This document shows, in pieces, positions 9,445-18,746 of a DNA stretch of 64,000 bases. The stretch's first letter is position 1, and each line of letters starts with the position of its first letter. This stretch comes from Planctomycetales bacterium. Its GTDB lineage: Bacteria; 4484-113. The notes under the pieces were generated by a model that worked only from the letters and a program-made list of their open reading frames with translations, searched no databases and was not told the DNA's origin. The position numbers and the translations under genes were made by a program. The stretch spans positions 9,713-73,712 of the forward strand of contig JAUWGS010000004.1 of assembly GCA_030606285.1 (NCBI GenBank), read 5' to 3'.

Positions 9445-12129
9445 ATGAGAAGCTGTAAATCCCTGTGGGTCATTGCGCTGCTGCTGATACTCCTGTTTTC
9501 CACATCCGCGTTCGCCCAGGAGCAGGAGACGCCGGAGGATGCGCCGGAAGCCGTAGTGGCCGTGGAGCCTGAAGCGCCGGTCGAAGAACCCGCGCCGGCG
9601 CCCGCCGAGGAAGAGGAGGAGAAGTGCGCCTTCGACAAAGCCATTGAGGACTTCGAGTGCATTCCCGGCCTGTTCACGCTCTATTTCAAAGAGGATGAGC
9701 TAAAAGTGCTGCTGGAGCTTGCGCCGGAGCAGCTCGATGAAATCTACCTGTGCAACATCACCGTTGAAGCGGGCGACGGGTATTTTCTGGATTCGGGCGC
9801 GATGCTGGGCAACTTCCCATTTGCTTTCAAGCAGGTGGGTAAAAAGGTGCAGTTCATTCAGAAGAATGTTTCGTACCGCGCCGATCCGGAGTCGCCGCTT
9901 GCGCGCGCGATACCCCGGGGCGTGACGGATTCCGTGCTGGCGTCGTCGCCTATTGTGGGCGAGCCGCACCCGGAGACGAAGCACATACTCGTCGACGCGG
10001 GAGCGTTTTTCCTGCAGGACATCATCGGTGTGGGCATCTGGCTGGGCGAAGCCGCAGGATACGGATTCGACCCATCGGAGACCTACTTCGGGTTTGTTAA
10101 GTCCTTCCCGCTGAACACGGAGATTGAGGTCGTCGCGCACTTCACGGGAATGGGCTTGGAGTCTACGGGACGCGCGATTCCCGACAGCCGCAGCCTGCAG
10201 CACCGCTACCGCTACAGCCTGTGCGCCCTGCCGGACGATGGTTACATGCCGCGCCTGGGTGACGACCGCATCGGCTACTTCATGACGTATTACAGGGATT
10301 ACGACGCGCTGGCGGCAGACCTGCCGTACAAGTACTACATTGAGCGCTGGCGGCTGGAAAAGAAGTTTCCACACCAGGACGTGAGCCCGCCCAAGAAGCC
10401 CATCGTCTACTGGCTGGAGAACACGATTCCCTATGAATACCGCGATGCGGTGCGCGCGGGGATTCTGGAATGGAACACCGCGTTTGAAAAAATCGGCTTC
10501 AAGAACGCGGTTGAGGTAAAACAGATGCCGGACGACGCGGACTGGGATCCGGCGGACATCCGCTACAACGTCATCCGCTGGATTGTCATGCCCGGCTCGG
10601 GATACTGCGTGGGGCCGTCAACGGCGGACCCGTTTACCGGCGAGATTTTCGGGGCGGATGTCCGCATGTGCGCCGATATTGTGCGGTGGATTACCGCTGA
10701 GTTTATAGAGACGGTTGAGCCGCTGTTGGAGCCTTCGACTACCGCGCAAAAGCCGCCGCAGTTTTTAGGCAACAGACAGATTCCGTACGCCGACAACTAC
10801 GCCGAAGGCAAGATGCACGAGGCGGCGTTTGGGTTGAGCCTGCTGAGTGCCCGAAGCGGAATGAGCCTTGATTCGCCGGAGGGGAAGCAGTTCGTCTTTG
10901 ACGCCATTAAAGATCTGGCCACGCACGAGGTCGGGCACACGCTGGGCCTGCGGCACAACTTCAAAGCCAGCACAGTGCACACGTTGCGCGAGATGCACGA
11001 TCGGAGTGTCACCGATGTTGAAGGTGTCTCCGGCTCGGTGATGGACTACAACACGGTTAACATCGCGCCTGTAGGCGAGCCGCAGGGCGAGTACTGGCAG
11101 ACTACGCTTGGCACGTGGGACTACTTCGTGATTGAGTACGGATATAAGGCGATTGACGCCGATTCGCCGGAGGATGAGCTGGCGGAGCTGGAGAAGATAG
11201 CCGAGCGCTCGGGCCTGCCCAAGCTGGTTTTCGGCACGGACGAAGACGCGGCCGGTGGGTCGCCCGTGAGCACCGATCCGCTGTGCAGTATGTGGGATAT
11301 GGGCTCCGACCCGATAGCCTTTTTCCGGCAGCGCATAGAGCTGGGAGAGGAGCTGCTCAGCGTGCTGGAGGAGAAATTCGAGAAGGAAGGCGAGCGCTAC
11401 CAGAAGCTGCGCTGGGCATTCGGCAGCGTTATCTATCCTTACTGGGCGGGCGCATACACCGTTCCCAAATATATCGGCGGCGTTTATCAGGACCGCGCGC
11501 ACATCGGCGATCCCAGCGGCAAGCTGCCGTTTACGCCGGTTCCGGCCGCCAAGCAGCGCGAAGCGATGAGCTTCCTGACGGAGCACGTTTTCGGCTCGGA
11601 CGCGTTTGACTTCCCGCCGGAGCTGATGCGGAAGCTGGTCGCCGAGCGCTACCCGGATTTTGAAGGCACGGTCTACGAGCGCGAGCGCGTAGATTACCCG
11701 CTGCACTCGATGGTGCTGCGCATCCAGAGTTTCGCGCTCCAGCGGCTGTATCATCCGCTTACGCTCAACCGCATGGTTGACCTGCCGCTGCACTATGAGA
11801 AGGGCGAGGACACGTTCACGATGCCGGAGATGTTCCAGGAGCTGCGGTTCGCCATCTGGTCGGAAGTGTATAGCCAAAGCGACGTAGACAGCTTCCGGCG
11901 CAACCTGCAGCGTGAACACCTGGGGATTCTTACCGGCATTGTGCTGGGCATGATGGACGTCCCGCCGGACGCGACGAGCCTGGCGCGGGCGGACATGGTT
12001 GCGCTGCGCGGCGGCATCGCGGCATCGCTACGAAAGGGCGGCCTGGACGCTGCAACATCGGCCCATCTCGACGAATGCCTGGCACGCATAGACGCCGCGC
12101 TGGAAGCGTCCATGCTGCGTGGGTTCTGA
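9445..12129 (+). CDS. secreted zinc-dependent metalloprotease (metzincin-like HEXXHXXGXXH; DUF4953/DUF5117-type architecture)
   Basis: GGAGG RBS and a signal peptide (MRSCKSLWVIALLLILLFSTSAFA), then an acidic linker. Zinc-binding motif HEVGHTLGLRHNF followed by GSVMDYN. Confidence 0.85.
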   Translation: MRSCKSLWVIALLLILLFSTSAFAQEQETPEDAPEAVVAVEPEAPVEEPAPAPAEEEEEKCAFDKAIEDFECIPGLFTLYFKEDELKVLLELAPEQLDEIYLCNITVEAGDGYFLDSGAMLGNFPFAFKQVGKKVQFIQKNVSYRADPESPLARAIPRGVTDSVLASSPIVGEPHPETKHILVDAGAFFLQDIIGVGIWLGEAAGYGFDPSETYFGFVKSFPLNTEIEVVAHFTGMGLESTGRAIPDSRSLQHRYRYSLCALPDDGYMPRLGDDRIGYFMTYYRDYDALAADLPYKYYIERWRLEKKFPHQDVSPPKKPIVYWLENTIPYEYRDAVRAGILEWNTAFEKIGFKNAVEVKQMPDDADWDPADIRYNVIRWIVMPGSGYCVGPSTADPFTGEIFGADVRMCADIVRWITAEFIETVEPLLEPSTTAQKPPQFLGNRQIPYADNYAEGKMHEAAFGLSLLSARSGMSLDSPEGKQFVFDAIKDLATHEVGHTLGLRHNFKASTVHTLREMHDRSVTDVEGVSGSVMDYNTVNIAPVGEPQGEYWQTTLGTWDYFVIEYGYKAIDADSPEDELAELEKIAERSGLPKLVFGTDEDAAGGSPVSTDPLCSMWDMGSDPIAFFRQRIELGEELLSVLEEKFEKEGERYQKLRWAFGSVIYPYWAGAYTVPKYIGGVYQDRAHIGDPSGKLPFTPVPAAKQREAMSFLTEHVFGSDAFDFPPELMRKLVAERYPDFEGTVYERERVDYPLHSMVLRIQSFALQRLYHPLTLNRMVDLPLHYEKGEDTFTMPEMFQELRFAIWSEVYSQSDVDSFRRNLQREHLGILTGIVLGMMDVPPDATSLARADMVALRGGIAASLRKGGLDAATSAHLDECLARIDAALEASMLRGF

Positions 12130-12177
12130 TAGCAGCGCGCTGCAATCTCAAGAGAGAGGACGGCACGGGGACGGACA

Positions 12178-13077
12178 ATGCTCACGGGCATACACTTCTT
12201 GCTGACGTACACCTGCAACTGGGAGTGCGACCACTGCTTTTTATTCTGCGGGCCGTCGTCCGAGGGCACGTTCACTATCAGGCAGGTGCGTGAGGTGCTC
12301 GACGAAGCGGCGAAGCTGGGAAGTGTCGAGACCATTTACTTTGAGGGCGGCGAAGCGTTTTTGTATTACCCGCTGATGGTCGAGGGCATCAGGCTGGCGC
12401 GCGAGAAGGGCTTTCAGGCCGGCATCGTCACGAATTCCTACTGGGCGACCTCGGAAGAGGACGCGGAACTGTGGCTCAAGCCGCTGGTTGGCTTAGGGAT
12501 ATCGGACCTCAGCATTAGCGACGATGAATACCACTATGCTAAAAACGGCGTGAGTCCGGCACAACATGCGCTGGCCGCGGCCAAGAAGCTGGGATTGCCG
12601 GTGGGATCAATATGCATCGAGAAGCCGCGCGTTGAGGACACGAGCAAGGCGAAGGAGAAGGGCGCGCCGGTAGTGGAGGGCGGCGCGATGCTGAAGGGCA
12701 GGGCGGTGGAAAAGCTCATAGAAGGCCTGCCCCGGCGTCCCTGGGACGAGTTCACCGATTGTCCGTTTGAGGATCTGGAGAGCCCGGGACGTGTACACGT
12801 GGATCCGTTCGGGCACGTGCATCTGTGCCAGGGGCTGAGTATGGGGAATATGCGGGAGATGCCGCTTGCGGAACTGGTGAGTAACTACGATGCGGCCAAG
12901 CATCCCGTGTGCGCAGCGCTTGTTCGCGGTGGGCCGGCGGAGCTGGCAAGGCAGTACGAGCTGGAGCACGAAGACGCCTACGTTGACGCCTGCCACTTCT
13001 GCTATCTGATGCGTAAAGCGCTGGTGGATAAGTTCCCCGAATATCTAGCGCCCAGGCAGGTATACGGACTGGAGTGA
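12178..13077 (+). CDS. radical SAM domain protein
   Basis: CNWECDHC (CX3CX2C) near the N-terminus, then GGEAF, with a Cys-containing C-terminal part (CHFCY). Confidence 0.8.
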   Translation: MLTGIHFLLTYTCNWECDHCFLFCGPSSEGTFTIRQVREVLDEAAKLGSVETIYFEGGEAFLYYPLMVEGIRLAREKGFQAGIVTNSYWATSEEDAELWLKPLVGLGISDLSISDDEYHYAKNGVSPAQHALAAAKKLGLPVGSICIEKPRVEDTSKAKEKGAPVVEGGAMLKGRAVEKLIEGLPRRPWDEFTDCPFEDLESPGRVHVDPFGHVHLCQGLSMGNMREMPLAELVSNYDAAKHPVCAALVRGGPAELARQYELEHEDAYVDACHFCYLMRKALVDKFPEYLAPRQVYGLE

Positions 13078-13102
13078 CATCTTAAAGAAGCAAGGACAGA
13101 AG

Positions 13103-14026
13103 GTGAGTGCGGTGGATTCTGAACTGAGCATCGTAACCGGCGCGTTTTCCTACACGGGCAGTTACATCGCACGGGAGCTTCTGGCGCGCGGGATGCGTGT
13201 GCGCACACTCACTAACCATCGGGAGCGGGCCGGCATGTTTGAGGGCCAGGTGGAGGTCAGGCCGCTAGAGTTTTCCCATCCGGCGCAGCTCGTAGAGAGC
13301 ATGAGGGGCGCATCCGTCCTCTACAATACGTTCTGGATCCGCTTCGCCCGCAAATCAATGACCTTCGAACGGGCCGTGGAGAACACGAAAGCCCTGCTGG
13401 ACGCGTCTGTGGAAGCGGGCGTGCAGCGTGTCGTGCACGTAAGCGTCACCAATCCCGATATAGAATCGGACCTGCCGTATTTCCGGGGCAAAGCAGAAGC
13501 GGAGCTCGCGGTGGCGAATTCGGGGCTTTCGCACGCAATCCTGCGTCCGGCGGTGCTCTACGGGGCGGACGGCGTTCTTATCAACAATCTGGCGTGGCTG
13601 ATGCGCCTGTTTCCCGTGTTTCCGGTGCCGGGGGATGGGAAGTACCGGATGCAGCCGGCTTTCGTCGAAGACTTCGCGAAGCTTGCGGTGTCGTGCGGCG
13701 GTGAGACGATGAGCTACACGCTTGACGCAGTGGGGCCGGAGACATTTAGCTTCAACGAGTTGCTCAGGCTCATCGCCGGTAGCGTGAACCGGCGCGCGCT
13801 GCTCATTCACCTACCGCCGGAAATGGCGGTGTGGCTTTCGCGCGTGCCCGGGCTGGTGCTGAGAGACGTGCTGATGACGCCTGATGAGGTGAAGGGGTTA
13901 AGCCGGAATCTGCTTGCCTCTTCGAGCATACCCACCTGCTCGACGCGGCTTAGCGACTGGATGAAGGAGAACGCCGGGCGCTTCGGACGGCGCTATATAA
14001 ACGACTTCGCGCGGCACTACCGGTAA
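13103..14026 (+). CDS. NAD(P)-binding epimerase/dehydratase (NmrA/atypical SDR-like) protein
   Basis: The N-terminal Rossmann motif IVTGAFSYTGSYIARELLARG and a size of about 300 aa. Confidence 0.7.
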   Translation: MSAVDSELSIVTGAFSYTGSYIARELLARGMRVRTLTNHRERAGMFEGQVEVRPLEFSHPAQLVESMRGASVLYNTFWIRFARKSMTFERAVENTKALLDASVEAGVQRVVHVSVTNPDIESDLPYFRGKAEAELAVANSGLSHAILRPAVLYGADGVLINNLAWLMRLFPVFPVPGDGKYRMQPAFVEDFAKLAVSCGGETMSYTLDAVGPETFSFNELLRLIAGSVNRRALLIHLPPEMAVWLSRVPGLVLRDVLMTPDEVKGLSRNLLASSSIPTCSTRLSDWMKENAGRFGRRYINDFARHYR

Positions 14027-14119
14027 GTCATTACGGGCAGTGCTCGTTGAGCACGTGCTGGGAAGTGTATCATTTTTGTGTTTTGCGGGGTATATCGAGT
14101 CTAACTGTGGCAGGAGGTT

Positions 14120-14530
14120 GTGACTGTGTATATAAAGTGGTCAGAGGATCTGTCGGTGGGTGTGGAGCTAATCGATGAGCAGCACAAAGAGATGTTCAAC
14201 CGGATAAACCGGTTGCTGCGGGCAATCGGCGAGATTGGAGGTGCGGAGCAGGTGGTTGCCACGGCTGATTTTCTGCAGGATTACGTTGTTCAGCACTTCG
14301 CTGCAGAGGAAGAGCAGATGGTGTTGCACGAGTACCCGGGATTGGCGAGCCACAAGGAGCATCACGAGTACTTCCGGGGCCAGGTGGAGGATCTCCGCCA
14401 GAGACTGGCGGAGCAGGGCCCTGATGAGAAGCTGCTCATCGAGGCGCAGGAGTTGCTCGTCAACTACCTCCGCGACCATATTCTCCAGGTGGATATGCTC
14501 CTGGGAAGATTCCTCAAGGAGAAGATGTAG
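14120..14530 (+). CDS. bacteriohemerythrin (hemerythrin-like metal-binding protein)
   Basis: WSEDLSVGVELIDEQHKEMF, HFAAEEEQM, HKEHHEYF and RDHILQVD match the H-HxxxE-H-HxxxxD iron ligand pattern. AGGAGG RBS present. Confidence 0.9.
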   Translation: MTVYIKWSEDLSVGVELIDEQHKEMFNRINRLLRAIGEIGGAEQVVATADFLQDYVVQHFAAEEEQMVLHEYPGLASHKEHHEYFRGQVEDLRQRLAEQGPDEKLLIEAQELLVNYLRDHILQVDMLLGRFLKEKM

Positions 14531-14673
14531 CGGTTTCGGGCGGTATCCAGAAACCGCCCGGCACGCGTCGCCCCTTACTAGCTGGCATCGGACTTGTCGT
14601 CTGCTGCGCCCGCTACGCACAGACTAGCAGCGTGCCCCGTATGCGTTTCCACATCCGGTAAGCGTTCCCCCTG

Positions 14674-14682
14674 TGCTAGAAT
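14674..14682 (+). promoter_or_regulatory. extended -10 box TGCTAGAAT upstream of the GT4-family phosphotransferase gene
   Basis: Sequence match only. It lies inside the longest ORF (14594-), which argues for a downstream start. Confidence 0.35.
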
Positions 14683-14728
14683 CAGCGCGCTGGAGGGAGC
14701 GGGAGATACCATTCTCTGCGGCAGGGGT

Positions 14729-15766
14729 ATGTGGGCTGGCACGATGACTACTCTCATTATCGCCACAGGCACGGGGGCTTTCGTTGTAGCGCTACTGGTA
14801 ACTCCGCTGCTTCTCGCGCTGTGCCGAAGATTCAGGCTCTATGACGTCTCAAACGCCCGGAAGGTCCATCATGGGGAAAAACCCCGGCTCGGTGGAGTCT
14901 CGATATTCATTGCGACGCTGGTCAGCATAGGCTACATTGCTATAGTAATGGATCCCAACCTTATTCCGCTGTCGCGCACCCAGCTGTTTGCCCTGATGGG
15001 CGGAGCGGTGCTGTTTTTCGCCCTGGGGCTGGCGGACGACCTGTGGCACCTTTCGGCGCGGGTGAAGTTCAGTCTCCAGATCGTCTTCGCGCTCGCGGTC
15101 GCTTGGGCGGGAATTAATGTCGGCACTCTGTTTGGCACGGTGATGCTGCCCACCTGGTTCAGCTATGTGCTCACAGTTTTCTGGATCGTCGGTATCGTCA
15201 ACACCATCAACTTCGTAGACGGACTGGACGGGCTTTCTGCAGGTATCAGCTCGGTAGCGTTTCTGGCGATTCTGGTGCTGTCGCTTGCCCGTGGGGATTA
15301 CTTTTTCTCGCTCGTGAGCCTGGCGGTGCTGGGAGCGCTGCTCGGGTTTCTGCCCTACAACTTTTATCCCGCGCGCATCTTCCTGGGCGATGGCGGAGCG
15401 CTGCTGATTGGCTACTATCTCGCCACAATCGCGCTTCTGGGCTTTTTCAAGCAGACGACGGTGATCGCGTTCCTGCTGCCGTTGCTTATCCTGCTGGTGC
15501 CCATTGCGGACACGACGTTTGCCATTCTGCGGCGATTGGTGGCGGGAAGGCCCATCACGTCGCCCGACAAGAAGCACATACACCATCGGCTGCTTTTCTT
15601 TGTGAACCGCCGGCGGCGGCAGCAGATGCTCCGTAACGGCGAGATTATTGACGATACCGCCCGGAGTTTCATAGAAGGCCTGGCGCATCGCAATACCGTG
15701 CTGATTTTATATCTTGTGTCATTCGCATTCGCGGCGGTCGCCGTGTGGCTCGGGCTGCGGACATAG
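14729..15766 (+). CDS. undecaprenyl-phosphate sugar-1-phosphate transferase (MraY/WecA/TagO glycosyltransferase family 4)
   Basis: VNTINFVDGLDGLSAGIS and FLGDGGALLIGY motifs plus about 10 TM segments. The start is ATG 14729 or 14744; the ORF-track start at 14594 is probably an extension. Confidence 0.85.
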   Translation: MWAGTMTTLIIATGTGAFVVALLVTPLLLALCRRFRLYDVSNARKVHHGEKPRLGGVSIFIATLVSIGYIAIVMDPNLIPLSRTQLFALMGGAVLFFALGLADDLWHLSARVKFSLQIVFALAVAWAGINVGTLFGTVMLPTWFSYVLTVFWIVGIVNTINFVDGLDGLSAGISSVAFLAILVLSLARGDYFFSLVSLAVLGALLGFLPYNFYPARIFLGDGGALLIGYYLATIALLGFFKQTTVIAFLLPLLILLVPIADTTFAILRRLVAGRPITSPDKKHIHHRLLFFVNRRRRQQMLRNGEIIDDTARSFIEGLAHRNTVLILYLVSFAFAAVAVWLGLRT

Positions 15767-15962
15767 CCAGTGGGGATATGCGTGAAGACTGCATGAAGCG
15801 GCTTTTCACGTCTCGGTGGACGGGCATGGGGCACTCCTCCACCTGTACCGGCCGCGTAGTGGTTCGTTACGCCACCATGCTCTCAGCCGGAGTTGCGAAA
15901 CCGAGGCACTTCCGGTAGATTATGCGGAACTTCGGGTGACAACGGTACCCGACTCAGAACTT

Positions 15963-17612
15963 ATGCATCGGCCAAAGGGCAGTAACGCAAACGAACATAT
16001 CCGCGTCACTCCGCGCGAGGCTACGGTCATTCTTGCGCCGTACATTGGCAGCAAGTTCTGGGAGCAGTTCAGCCTGGTAATTCCCATCGTCGCCTATCTG
16101 GTGCTGTTCCAGGTGATAGTGCTGCGAGAGAGCGTGGAGCAAGCCCTCCAGATAGGCTGGGGCGTATTTTGCGTGATAATCGGCCTCATGTTCTTCATGG
16201 AAGGCTTGCGGTTGGGCCTGATGCCCTTCAGCGAACGGATTGGCGCAGGGCTTCCGCAGAGCGCGACGCTTCCTGTCGTCCTGGGATTCGCCTTTCTCGT
16301 GGGGATCGGGGCGACGCTCGCTGAACCCTCCATTGGTGTCCTGAGGTCAGCCGGCGCCTGGATTGATCCTGAGAGGGCACCGCTGCTTCACCATATTCTG
16401 AACCATCAGAGCACGCTTCTTGTTGTTTGCATCGGCATCGGTGTCGGCATAGCCGCGCTTCTTGGAATCCTGCGCATCATCCGCGACTGGCGGCTGGGCG
16501 TATTGATAGTGCCCACAGTCATTGCCGCGCTTGCGCTCACGGTGATTGCTTCCCTGAACGAGACGACCGCGTCGATAGTGGGTCTGGCCTGGGACAGCGG
16601 TGCGGTAACCACGGGGCCGGTTACGGTTCCGCTGGTGCTTGCGCTGGGCATCGGCCTCGCTGCCGCTGTCGGGCGTGCTGATACCGGAAAAGCGGGATTT
16701 GGAATCGTTACGCTCGCTTCGCTTTTCCCGATAATCGCGGTGCTTCTTCTGGGGCTTTCACTATATCATTTCGGCGGTTCCGACCTTTCAGCCGTGGGGG
16801 ATATCGCGGGAGTGGTGGGGGCTGAGGGTGCAGCCCCGGTGAGCATAGGCAGCGCGCTCCTTTCATCGCTCGTTTCGGCGTTCCAGGCGATTGTACCCTT
16901 GGTCATTTTCCTGTATCTGGTGCTGGCGTTTCTCGTGCGGATACCACTGGAGCATCCCCGGGAAGTGTGGCTGGGGATCGCTTTCACCGTTGTGGGCATG
17001 TTCATTTTCAACCTCGGCCTGAATACAGGCCTTTCTCCACTCGGCGCGCAGGTGGGAATCACACTGCCGTTTGCGTTCAATCCGCCTGGCGAAGCGCTTA
17101 TCGGTGAAGTGGTCGGGCGAATAGTGACTGTTATCTTCGGCTTCCTGATGGGCTACGGAGCGACGCTTGCCGAGCCGGCGCTCAACGCGCTGGCAATCAA
17201 GGTCGAGGAGATAACCGTTGGTGCGTTCAAACGAAGCCTCCTGATGCATACGGTCGCCTTCGGAGTAGGCATCGGCATTGCGCTCGGCGTTACGAAGCTG
17301 CTGTTTGGGATTTCACTCGTCTGGTTCCTGCTCCCGCTTTATATTCTGCTTCTCCCGATAACGGCGATTTCCAGCGAGGCGTTTGTCAACATTGGATGGG
17401 ACAGCGCGGGCGTCACTACAGGCCCGATCACGGTTCCGCTGGTGATTGCGCTGGGCCTGGGGCTTGGCAGCGCGATGAACGTCGTGGAGGGTTTTGGAAT
17501 CCTGGCGATGGCGTCGGTATGTCCGATCATTGCAGTGCTAACAATGGGGCTTCTTGCCGGGAGAAGGAGGGAGAGGCAGGAAGAGCCCGTGGAAGATGAG
17601 GAGGATATCTGA
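15963..17612 (+). CDS. fused double DUF1538-domain integral membrane protein (putative transporter)
   Basis: Two homologous halves each carry the signature (A/G)WDS(G/A)(A/G)VTTGP(V/I)TVPLV(L/I)ALG(I/L)GL (about 16588-16632 and 17395-17440). Many TM helices. The start was set at ATG 15963. Confidence 0.75.
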   Translation: MHRPKGSNANEHIRVTPREATVILAPYIGSKFWEQFSLVIPIVAYLVLFQVIVLRESVEQALQIGWGVFCVIIGLMFFMEGLRLGLMPFSERIGAGLPQSATLPVVLGFAFLVGIGATLAEPSIGVLRSAGAWIDPERAPLLHHILNHQSTLLVVCIGIGVGIAALLGILRIIRDWRLGVLIVPTVIAALALTVIASLNETTASIVGLAWDSGAVTTGPVTVPLVLALGIGLAAAVGRADTGKAGFGIVTLASLFPIIAVLLLGLSLYHFGGSDLSAVGDIAGVVGAEGAAPVSIGSALLSSLVSAFQAIVPLVIFLYLVLAFLVRIPLEHPREVWLGIAFTVVGMFIFNLGLNTGLSPLGAQVGITLPFAFNPPGEALIGEVVGRIVTVIFGFLMGYGATLAEPALNALAIKVEEITVGAFKRSLLMHTVAFGVGIGIALGVTKLLFGISLVWFLLPLYILLLPITAISSEAFVNIGWDSAGVTTGPITVPLVIALGLGLGSAMNVVEGFGILAMASVCPIIAVLTMGLLAGRRRERQEEPVEDEEDI

Positions 17613-17614
17613 AG

Positions 17615-18025
17615 ATGACTAATGAAACGGTAGAGAAGGAGACCGCTTCTCAGGTGAAGAGGGGTATCATGACGGGCAAACTCGACCTCATATTTTGCAT
17701 CGTCCAGCGGGGCCGGGCGGATAAGATTATCAAGAAAGCTTTGAAAGCCGGTGCCGGTGGCGCAACCACATGGTTCGCACGCGGCTCAGGCATCCGTGAG
17801 AAGCTGGGACTTCTCGGCATCGCCATATCGCCGGAGAAGGAAGTCATTATGGTGGTCACACCGCCCGAGCTGACGGAGAACGTCTTTGCGGCGATTGTCT
17901 CTGCGGGGAAGCTTGACGTGCCGGGCCAGGGGCTGGCGTTCGTCACCGAGATCAAGCAGCTTGCGGGCATCTTCGGCGGACCGGATGCTATTGAAGAGGA
18001 AGATACGCCCGAACATAAGACGTAA
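17615..18025 (+). CDS. PII-like (GlnB-superfamily) signal transduction protein
   Basis: The ferredoxin-like pattern LDLIFCIVQRGRADKIIKKALKAGAGGATTWFARGSG...EVIMVV...GQGLAFVTEI. The T-loop is non-canonical, with no Tyr51-type site. It starts 2 nt after the DUF1538 gene. Confidence 0.7.
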   Translation: MTNETVEKETASQVKRGIMTGKLDLIFCIVQRGRADKIIKKALKAGAGGATTWFARGSGIREKLGLLGIAISPEKEVIMVVTPPELTENVFAAIVSAGKLDVPGQGLAFVTEIKQLAGIFGGPDAIEEEDTPEHKT

Positions 18026-18063
18026 CGCCGCCGGACGCTGAAAGCACGCCAGTGCGTGTCGCT

Positions 18064-18723
18064 TTACTCGGCTGTGCACGCTAAAACACTGCTCACCAGC
18101 GGGCTGTCGCCGTCGAACGTGACCTGCACGATATAGCGTCCGGGAAAGACGTCCGGCAAAGGGCCTTTGCTGCGGGAGAATTCCCAATCGTAGCGCTCCT
18201 CGCTGCGATTCACACCGCACCATCCCTTCGTGTGCGGTACGCCCAGATGGTCGCCGATGTCCTGCCGCCTGAGCGCAGTGATGCGCTTGCTTAAGAATCC
18301 GATGCGCTGTGCCGGGTCGTCGTAGCGCCGCCGCACGTAAAGGCTTATGACCCGTCCGCGGTCGCCAAGCACGATGAGGTCGAAGCTGGTCAGGCGCGGG
18401 TCAGTGACCGGGAAACGGCGCCCGAATTCCTCTGAATCGATACTCTCAGTGGGAGGCTCTCCGCCGCCCTCATAGTAGAGATGGTCGCTGCCTCGGGAGC
18501 GCACGATGATGCCCGGCGTACCGAATGTCGCCTGGACTTTGGCGGTGTTCCATGCCAGCACCTCGGCGAAGCTAAACTCCGGTGGTTTCGCCGGTTCGCC
18601 GCCCTTGATGATGTCGCAGGACGCAAGAACGGCTAGGGCGACAAGCAGGCAAACGGCTTTACGCGACACTATCACGCTCCCATTATAGTAAGGAGCGCGC
18701 CCACCGAAGCGGACGCGCTCCAT
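18064..18723 (-). CDS. hypothetical lipoprotein
   Basis: A signal peptide with lipobox LLVALAVLASC. It lies 23 nt downstream of the giant lipoprotein gene. Confidence 0.6.
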   Translation of the reverse strand: MERVRFGGRAPYYNGSVIVSRKAVCLLVALAVLASCDIIKGGEPAKPPEFSFAEVLAWNTAKVQATFGTPGIIVRSRGSDHLYYEGGGEPPTESIDSEEFGRRFPVTDPRLTSFDLIVLGDRGRVISLYVRRRYDDPAQRIGFLSKRITALRRQDIGDHLGVPHTKGWCGVNRSEERYDWEFSRSKGPLPDVFPGRYIVQVTFDGDSPLVSSVLACTAE

Positions 18724-18746
18724 TCCTCTTAATTAAGGCTTCGAAA

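Noticed and set aside
12130-13077. The radical SAM enzyme as a RiPP maturase with an adjacent precursor peptide.
   Set aside because: No small ORF with an RBS flanks the gene. The upstream gap is 48 nt and the next gene starts 25 nt downstream.
14530-14560. A hairpin after the hemerythrin gene (CGGGCGGT-N8-ACCGCCCG) as an intrinsic terminator.
   Set aside because: The stem is plausible, but no U-tract follows. It is left uncalled as a feature.
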